Shown one piece after another: positions 57,901 through 64,000 of a stretch of 64,000 bases of DNA (position 1 is the stretch's first letter; every line of letters starts with the position of its first letter). The notes under the pieces are model-generated. The model was not told the origin of the DNA, ran no database searches, and saw nothing but the letters and a program-made list of their open reading frames with translations. Source of the stretch: Spirochaetota bacterium. Lineage in GTDB: Bacteria > Spirochaetota > UBA4802 > UBA5550. A program made the translations under genes and the position numbers. The DNA is taken from contig QKCL01000013.1 of the NCBI GenBank assembly GCA_003246895.1, positions 4,363 to 68,362 of the forward strand, written 5' to 3'.

Positions 57901-60555
57901 AGTGTTGTTGCCATTGAATGTATAGCCGCGGTCTTCAGATGTGCCGTTGTCCGCATCGGAATCAATATAACCGTTTGTGTTTGAGTCCTCTGTATCGAAT
58001 TTACCGTCACCGTCAGAATCTTCACTGACCTGCCCGATGTCCAGATAGAGGTTTATTACATTCCCTGAATTTGAACTGTCGTGCCTTACCCATAGCTCAA
58101 CATATTTCAGTCCAGAGAAGTCAACTGCATCACTTGAAAGTTTTCTTGTCACAACAGATACACAGCTTCCCCCTGTAAAATCATAGTCAAAGACAAGGCT
58201 TCTCTGGTCATCCAGATCAGTGATGCTGCTGTCTATGTGCCCCGTGGCTATGTTAAATGGCCCGGGCTTGACTGAATAATCCACTGCATAGGGAGAAAAT
58301 GACTCACCTCTGAGAGTGTCTGTGGATGAAAGACTTCTGTAATAATAATAGTTCAGAATACCCCTGTCAGCCTGGGTCAGCCCCTGGGGCATGGAGGAGA
58401 GCTGCCAGTCCTTTTCTGAAAGGGATACAGATACTATCTCCACCGTGGATTCCATATTCTCAATGAGAGCCTTGCCGAAGGTATTTACGGTTCTGTAGCT
58501 TTTGGCATACTCACCGTATGCAGTGAATTCAACAGGAACAGTTCTCCTGTGTTCACCGGAAAAAAGATTGTATATGTCCGCAATCCTTGAAGGAGTAAGA
58601 TGGAGTTTTGCATCCCCTTCAAAAAGAAGTGTCTGGTCTGACTCCTCTCCGATGTCAGGGATCACCCTGGATTCCGCTCCCTTGGAAAGAAGCATGGAAC
58701 CTCCAACACTGAGGCTTCTGTTCAGTTTATAATCTCCTCTCACTCCACCCACAAAACCGCTGCCCGAGGTACCCTGAGGCAGATACTCGTACCTGATCTC
58801 GATCTTTGTTGTGGACGAAATAACAGGATTGTTTTCATCAGTGAATGTCACTATTCCGAGAGAAGTGTCAACAGAGTAAAGAGACCTTGCAAGCCTGGTG
58901 CCGTTTACCTTTACCGCAACACTGTCATTTACAATATTTGTGTTCTTTAGCTTGAAAGTCCTTGCCTCTGCATAGTAATCCGCAGACATCTTGTATCTGC
59001 TGGAAAGATATGCATCTGTAATGCGTATCTCGTTGTATATGACAGCTGCCTCGGAAGTTGAAAGCTGGGACTTAAAGGGTTCCCTGAGCCTGAAATTAAC
59101 AAGGCCCGATGAGAGTTCAAGGCTGTACTTGCCCAGTTTCTCTTTCTGGGAATCGGTCATTCTCATCGTCTCATCATAAAAAGTCAGATAGAAATCACCT
59201 GAAAGAATATTTGTGTCCCCCAGATAATAGAATGACCTGACCTCATATATATCAAGGTTCACCTTTCCGTCGTTGTTTGAATCTGTTTCACCGCTGTCAA
59301 AGGACAGGTTTTTCGTTACAATGTCTTCATTCAGTGATTCGCCGTACTTTATGAATACAAAAATCTTTCCGGCAAAATCCCCTCCCGGGTGATTTGAATC
59401 CGATGGAGACAGTGCACATGGGTCCCTTGTGCCGCCCGAAATGGTATAGACTGCAAAAATTCTTGCGCTGTCGGGAATATTCCTCAGAAACTTAATGAGA
59501 CCGGTGCTGTAATTTATGCTGTAGTCCGTGCCGTTTGCAAGTTTTGTATATGAACCGCCGTCAAGGGAAAGTGTAATTGCGCCTGAATTATTGTAGGCAT
59601 TTCTGTCGTCCATGTATATGGCAAAGCCCGATGAATCAATGTTTACCTGATTGAGAGTGTAGCTTTTGGGGCTTGAAGGAGCGGACGTTACTGTTACAGA
59701 TGAGTACACTTCAGAAGCCCCGGGAACCGATGTTGCCCCGTCGTATCTTATGAACGGCTCAAGCTGATAGTAGACTTTCCTCACATACTGGTAATCGGAC
59801 AGAGAGGTATTGCCCTCCCTTGAGTTGCCCGTAAAATTCTCAACCTCGCTGTTTCCAAGGATGAGAGACCCGAATGCCTTCAGTTCAAAATCACCTTTCC
59901 TGATTTTGAAATCCGCACCAAGTCCCTTGACTGTGCTGTTGTCATAGACCGCATATTTTGACTGGTCAAATTTTATGTCAATCTCTCCCACATTGACCTC
60001 ACGGATAAGTTCATCATCCTCAAGGGCCTTGTACTTCATACGGTAGGTATTGTCCTTCCTCTGGCTGTCGTGGTCTATGTAGAGACTTATGCGGTTGTCA
60101 ATGGTCCCGTTCATCTGGAGCTTTATTACCTGTTCCGGGTAGAAACCGTCAGTTACTATTCTGGATCTCGCGCTGTCCTCATCGTACTGCTTGTACTTGC
60201 TCTCAGTGAATACAGACTTCCCGTAGGTTCCCTTGAGTTCAACGGAACCCTCGGTAAAAAGGTCAAAGTTTCTGTCTGTAAGTTTTCCGGAAAAGATGTT
60301 CCCGGTTGAGTACTTTTTATAATCGGAACTGACATACATATCGGACCAGTCTGTATCCTTCAGATCAAGTCCCTGAGGTATTACAATAGATGAGTTTACT
60401 GCTGTAGTTTTATTATCACTTTTTACGGCACCGTCACTGTGAAAGTATTTGCTGACCCTCTCCTTAAAGGTCCCATTCTCCTGGGCACGGGCAATATATA
60501 TTGCCGGTACAGAATACAGTACTATAAATGTATAGACCCAAAAGGTTTTCAGCAT
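54901..60555 (-). CDS. Giant outer-membrane protein, SprA/Sov-like
   Basis: 1884 aa, signal peptide (ARA-Q), many amphipathic beta-strands, terminal Phe, DYSINYSTGLIKF, ALIENME, FSGLKYVELW, LYLDIGQVSED, DxDxDG motifs. Confidence 0.7.
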   Translation of the reverse strand: MLKTFWVYTFIVLYSVPAIYIARAQENGTFKERVSKYFHSDGAVKSDNKTTAVNSSIVIPQGLDLKDTDWSDMYVSSDYKKYSTGNIFSGKLTDRNFDLFTEGSVELKGTYGKSVFTESKYKQYDEDSARSRIVTDGFYPEQVIKLQMNGTIDNRISLYIDHDSQRKDNTYRMKYKALEDDELIREVNVGEIDIKFDQSKYAVYDNSTVKGLGADFKIRKGDFELKAFGSLILGNSEVENFTGNSREGNTSLSDYQYVRKVYYQLEPFIRYDGATSVPGASEVYSSVTVTSAPSSPKSYTLNQVNIDSSGFAIYMDDRNAYNNSGAITLSLDGGSYTKLANGTDYSINYSTGLIKFLRNIPDSARIFAVYTISGGTRDPCALSPSDSNHPGGDFAGKIFVFIKYGESLNEDIVTKNLSFDSGETDSNNDGKVNLDIYEVRSFYYLGDTNILSGDFYLTFYDETMRMTDSQKEKLGKYSLELSSGLVNFRLREPFKSQLSTSEAAVIYNEIRITDAYLSSRYKMSADYYAEARTFKLKNTNIVNDSVAVKVNGTRLARSLYSVDTSLGIVTFTDENNPVISSTTKIEIRYEYLPQGTSGSGFVGGVRGDYKLNRSLSVGGSMLLSKGAESRVIPDIGEESDQTLLFEGDAKLHLTPSRIADIYNLFSGEHRRTVPVEFTAYGEYAKSYRTVNTFGKALIENMESTVEIVSVSLSEKDWQLSSMPQGLTQADRGILNYYYYRSLSSTDTLRGESFSPYAVDYSVKPGPFNIATGHIDSSITDLDDQRSLVFDYDFTGGSCVSVVTRKLSSDAVDFSGLKYVELWVRHDSSNSGNVINLYLDIGQVSEDSDGDGKFDTEDSNTNGYIDSDADNGTSEDRGYTFNGNNTTVVGSGPGLSSDTKGDGKLNSEDQDGDGSLDTTENVYTVDLGSVTVSSGSWQKIRVYIDWSSLSSTETALLQEVRSLRFYAVQSTGTKGRLFVDGLKMVGSKWRNPELDGAGTESSDRIQTVLLNTIDDSDYRSESFLKEKRGVYESLYGDLDSDEVNEERETALQIDFDIPGVNSNVSIKRTFSTPIDIRFYRTLNLWMNARTFPGTTTMGIVVGSSDYDYAEYRISPSILRTWEQFAIKLKDTSDGDIEVYSTTGDPDFKRITYLKVVFYGAGTSGTIWLNDIYVSEPMTLKGSAYWYENEIKFKNPLYRTRSGVPVISDMNIKYLIKGNSAQFSSLAKENNDTGQRDQEFSASMKILPNWDATLKFVNEHLKTDSKNEDVSEDLRGETWRNTANFITNFISSGASGPRINFSYTLNDYENKRDDSITGSSFDEYYRRMTHSPSLKYTQTLENFFSGRLRADAVLQLVFKDYSIKRSSQDLSESVLSSYVDLREQDKRQRTDLALNLDYSNSRFYVKPCFRRSLEELVGLEKSDSLTDYGVYGTMGGGFHVPFFGDDEGKYVARKNVMNLEVGYKDSLYVKPVVKLEVDYSEYDFEDYDFDSYSSGAGFSRTKSALSNLYMNMSIPVKFGRMGLLKYLRGVTLNYNRKATVTEAGVPFEGESTGMFNEEFGLSRVMSDVSPAVYDLYTYYPGFFYRGRGNYGKGRDAVYGRLNSGIDMGNYGLPDNYDNSLRLADDFNLNSDFKTAIGTMNFNVGANQIVERSNIEGVPGQIVTYNAGASARIDLMEILGFWFFRPNKPGISHHSSFLNIGLTYKDSQIITSNINEKNISPEMSLEFKWERSNLVLGGSLDYRHRKDREYIDYDTGSSERDYIYIENMAEQADLKEKDYGYKFKILYDTEIRWLFDYLSGYYKLTGIPVFSIEYRTEINRYDYINSVSPEPYDLYYFKTGLMMNLHKHVKGELDAAFMLERYYSRDDGALSSEVFSLEISGKVSLIF

Positions 60556-60713
60556 AAAAGCAGCACATCACAGTCATAAAATTGGTGAATCCTGAAGTAT
60601 GTTGTTGCACATTTTAAAAACAGATATCTCATAACAGGAAGATAATGAAATATCTGCTTAAAGAAACAGTGCCCCCAAGGGGAAACAAAAAAATTACGGA
60701 ATATCTTTTATTA

Positions 60714-61709
60714 TTACCACATTCTGCTCATGTAGGGATATGGATTGATTGGAATCCCTCCGAGCCTGATTTCATAGTGGCAGTGATTACCTGTTGCATT
60801 ACCGGTCATGCCCACATAGCCTATACGGTCGCCCTTGTTTATTTTGGTTCCCTTTGCAACCGAAGTCTGCCTCATGTGGCCGTATATGGTTTCATAGCCG
60901 AACTTGTGTTTTATACGCACAGCCCTGCCGTAGCCGCCCATCCATCCTGAACTGACCACAACACCCGGAGCGGTTGCCCTGATAACTGTTCCGGCAGATG
61001 CTGCTATGTCGATTCCAGTGTGAAAATCCCGTCCAAGGCCGAAGGGAGAACGTCTCCATCCGAAGAGTGAGGAGATATGGCCTGAGTTAGGAATAATGGA
61101 AGGAGTATCCTTTACCACCTTGCTTCTGACATTTATAAAATTCTTGATTGTCTTGATTGTCTTTGTGGTGCTGACAAGATCCTTCTGGGCATCCTTCATG
61201 GAAAAAATTTCATCCGGGAGAATACGCTTAATCTTGTTCAGCTTCTCAATGTCTTCCTTGTCGAAATCCCTGTTTTCCCATATATCACCGACCTGATCTG
61301 TACCCGCGGCAAGCTCATAGAGCTCTTCAATCTCCGGTTTCATGTCATCAATGAGATCATATATTTCATTGGTAAGCCTTTCATATCTTATAAGGTCTGC
61401 CCTTACATCATTGTAGCTTGAAAGAAGCTTGTGCTCTTCCGAACGTATCTGCTGATTCTTGATTACCGCATATGAGGAGGTGACAAGGACAACTACAAAG
61501 AGACTCAGGAAAAAGAAGACAATGAACTTGGAAATCTGAAAGTTGAAAATCCTCTTCTCGTTGTGGGGTATAAACATTACGGTCATCTTCTCGTGCCCCT
61601 TTTCCAGGAACCGGTTCCAGACCTTGCCGAATCTCTTATGGAAAACAAAATAGTTTTCATAGAGTTTTCTCGAAAATTTGTTATGGAAATGTCTTATACT
61701 GTACTTCAT
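60714..61709 (-). CDS. M23 family metallopeptidase
   Basis: TVMFIPH N-terminus, TM, coiled coil, FHTGIDIA, GYG, YGH, HCHYE. Confidence 0.93.
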   Translation of the reverse strand: MKYSIRHFHNKFSRKLYENYFVFHKRFGKVWNRFLEKGHEKMTVMFIPHNEKRIFNFQISKFIVFFFLSLFVVVLVTSSYAVIKNQQIRSEEHKLLSSYNDVRADLIRYERLTNEIYDLIDDMKPEIEELYELAAGTDQVGDIWENRDFDKEDIEKLNKIKRILPDEIFSMKDAQKDLVSTTKTIKTIKNFINVRSKVVKDTPSIIPNSGHISSLFGWRRSPFGLGRDFHTGIDIAASAGTVIRATAPGVVVSSGWMGGYGRAVRIKHKFGYETIYGHMRQTSVAKGTKINKGDRIGYVGMTGNATGNHCHYEIRLGGIPINPYPYMSRMW

Positions 61710-61785
61710 ATCACTTTTTACCCAAAATTTGAACACTATTGTTCATTATATTATACATATCGTCACAGGCAACCACTTTTTACCA

Positions 61786-63117
61786 TTAAAAAACGGAATT
61801 AATGGCCTCGGAAATTGTCTTTACCCCTTCAATCTGAATTCCTTCACCTGCCTCCTTAGCCTTTTTCAGATCCCCCATTGAAACAATGAGTCGTTTAAAT
61901 CCGGACATCCTGAATTCCTGGACCCTTTTCTCCACCTGTGACACCGGCCTGAGTTCACCGGAAAGGGAGACCTCAGCCATAAAACCTGTTCCCTCATCAA
62001 TTGAAGAATCCTTAAGGCTGGAGGAGATGGCCATTGCCACAGACAGATCGGCTGCTGTCTCATTTATGTTGAACCCGCCGGAAACATTTATAAATACATC
62101 GAATGTATTAAGCTGCATGCCCACATGTTTTTCAAGCACAGCACATATCAGTATGAGCCTGTTCAGGTCAAAGCCGTCGGCCATTCTTCTGGGATTTGAG
62201 AATGATGAATACGTAACAAGGGACTGAACCTCAAAGAGGATGGTTCTGCTCCCCTCAATTGCCGCGGACACGGCATTCCCCGGAGCGCTTGACTTGAAGG
62301 GATTAAGAAAAATCCTGTTCTTCTCCCTGACCTCCTCGAGGCCCGAGGCTGTCATGCAGAAGAGCCCGATCTCGTTCACGGAACCGTACCTGTTCTTGAA
62401 GGCCCTGAGGACCCTGAAATCACGGGAGAAATCTCCTTCAAAATAGAGAACAACATCAACTATGTGCTCAAGGAGTTTGGGACCCGCAATGCTTCCGTCC
62501 TTGGTGATGTGGCCCACAAGGATAACCGAAACATTATTTTTCTTGGCATAATCAACAAGGCGCGAAGCCGATTCCCTGACCTGGCTCACGGACCCCATGA
62601 TTCCCGGAATATCGCTGCTGTAGACTGTCTGAATTGAGTCAACTATTACAAGGCCCGCCTTCACCTTCCGGGCTATCTCAATGATCTCTCCCACCTCATT
62701 ATTGGTGGAGATCTGAATCCTGGAAGCATCAAGCCCGAGCCTTTCGGCCCTCTCCCTCACCTGAACCGGCGACTCCTCGCCCGATATGTACAGGGCCTTC
62801 AGTTCTGCCGCTATCTGTATGGACAGCGTTGACTTGCCGATTCCCGGCTCCCCTCCAAGGAGAATTACTGATCCCGGCACAATGCCTCCGCCGCAGACTA
62901 TGTTGAACTCGGTCATGGATAATGTTTCCCGCGTGAGATTCTCCCTGCTCACTGAACTGAGAGGGAAAACTGTCAATTCGGACTTTTTCTTCTTCCCCGA
63001 AGGGGCCTCTGCCTCTACAAGTGTATTCCACTCCCCGCAGGACATGCACTTGCCGCTCCATTTTGTAAAATCCGCACCGCAGCCGGTGCAGACAAAATAT
63101 TTTCTGTTTTTCGTCAT
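61786..63117 (-). CDS. radA: DNA repair protein RadA/Sms
   Basis: C4 zinc finger, GEPGIGKST, VDSIQT, KNRYG, Lon-like C-terminus. Confidence 0.97.
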   Translation of the reverse strand: MTKNRKYFVCTGCGADFTKWSGKCMSCGEWNTLVEAEAPSGKKKKSELTVFPLSSVSRENLTRETLSMTEFNIVCGGGIVPGSVILLGGEPGIGKSTLSIQIAAELKALYISGEESPVQVRERAERLGLDASRIQISTNNEVGEIIEIARKVKAGLVIVDSIQTVYSSDIPGIMGSVSQVRESASRLVDYAKKNNVSVILVGHITKDGSIAGPKLLEHIVDVVLYFEGDFSRDFRVLRAFKNRYGSVNEIGLFCMTASGLEEVREKNRIFLNPFKSSAPGNAVSAAIEGSRTILFEVQSLVTYSSFSNPRRMADGFDLNRLILICAVLEKHVGMQLNTFDVFINVSGGFNINETAADLSVAMAISSSLKDSSIDEGTGFMAEVSLSGELRPVSQVEKRVQEFRMSGFKRLIVSMGDLKKAKEAGEGIQIEGVKTISEAINSVF

Positions 63118-63989
63118 TTCTTCTGCCTGAAAAATAGTTTGGACGGATCCTGTTTGAGGCTGCTGAAGAGTTCCCTTGCAGACCTTGATGCGTCCTTTAT
63201 ATTATAGTAGATTTCCTCATCTGTCATAAGCTTGCCCAGGCTGCCCCTGCCCTGTTCAAGTCTGTGTATTATTGTATTGAGGTCTCTGGATATTTCCGAG
63301 AGGTTCCGTATGGCTATGGTAACTTCATCCTTGTTCTTTTCAGACAGGGTAGACATGTTTGTTGTAAACTGGTTCAGCTGGCCCATGAAGAGTTTAAGCT
63401 GCTGGGAAAAGAGAAAGAATGTGGATCTCGCGGAAAGTACGGTCTGCCTTATGTCATAGCGGTTTTCATTTGAAATCTTGTTCAGATTTGCCACAAAATG
63501 TTTTGAGTTCTGAAAAATCTCCGCAAGAAGCTCACCGCCGCTCTGGTCCTGCATGAATCCCTGAAAAATGAGCATCATCTGGTCAAAGCTCGGGGGGTCT
63601 ATACCGTATATGATGTCCCCCTCCTTGATAAAGTCCTCAGTATTGTGTGACGGAGGAACAAACACGTTGATGTACTTGCTGCCTATGAGCCCCTTTGTGA
63701 ATATGGCAAATTTTGACTCCCTGATAAGCCTGAACCTGTTGTCTATCCAGACCTTCACTTCTGTTTTCTCATTACTCTGTTTAATTGAAGTTACCCTGCC
63801 GATATTGATACCCCCTGCAATCTTCACAGGAGCGCCCACGCTGAGGTCATTGAGAAAACCGAAATAGACAGACACGGAATAACCGGACTGGGAAACATTG
63901 AGCTTTGCAAGCACTGCAACAATCAGGATGAATACTGTAAAGCTCATTGTAATGAGCATGCCCACACGGGCTTCATTGTTCAGTTTCAT
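63114..63989 (-). CDS. MlaD/MCE family protein
   Basis: EARVG plus TM, LSVGAPVKIAGG..IGRV, GLIGSKYI, GSLGKL..D..IY. Confidence 0.9.
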   Translation of the reverse strand: MKLNNEARVGMLITMSFTVFILIVAVLAKLNVSQSGYSVSVYFGFLNDLSVGAPVKIAGGINIGRVTSIKQSNEKTEVKVWIDNRFRLIRESKFAIFTKGLIGSKYINVFVPPSHNTEDFIKEGDIIYGIDPPSFDQMMLIFQGFMQDQSGGELLAEIFQNSKHFVANLNKISNENRYDIRQTVLSARSTFFLFSQQLKLFMGQLNQFTTNMSTLSEKNKDEVTIAIRNLSEISRDLNTIIHRLEQGRGSLGKLMTDEEIYYNIKDASRSARELFSSLKQDPSKLFFRQKK

Positions 63990-64000
63990 TGTCCCCTCTC

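Noticed and set aside
1..64000. CRISPR arrays, IS elements, prophage, rRNA, canonical defence systems
   Set aside because: No regularly spaced repeats, transposase, integrase, phage or Cas motifs seen. The cyclase pair has no adjacent TIR or TM effector, so it is not called Pycsar.

Overview
Gene-dense bacterial chromosomal window of about 60 CDS and one tRNA-Gln(TTG). I found no CRISPR array, rRNA, transposase, integrase or phage genes. The ispE-tRNAGln-glmU(N)-prs-rplY-pth block with a degenerate Pth, the HATPase-like/HDOD protein, the MlaD-radA-M23 block and several lipoproteins suggest a spirochete related to Leptospirae. The four-subunit 2-oxoacid:ferredoxin oxidoreductase and Desulfovibrio-type bacterioferritin suggest an anaerobe. 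This taxonomy is inferred from recalled homologs, not from a search. Content: sensor kinase, polar amino-acid ABC transporter, GAPN-like dehydrogenase, P1B-ATPase with MarR and a twin operator, REC/HD-GYP protein, bfr, korDABG-like operon, upp-uraA, a tandem pair of degenerate class III cyclases, acyltransferase-esterase fusion, RND efflux pump, lexA, larE, an envelope cluster and the housekeeping block. Most notable: (1) a 1884-aa SprA/Sov-like giant outer-membrane protein outside the phyla known for type IX secretion; (2) a complementary split-active-site class III cyclase pair, one partner carrying a receiver-like domain; (3) a leader-peptide plus terminator attenuator upstream of upp-uraA; (4) a His20-less Pth at the canonical locus; (5) a probable AUU start codon for the glmU-like gene; (6) a polysaccharide-lyase-like ORF and a pseudogene missed by the ORF track.
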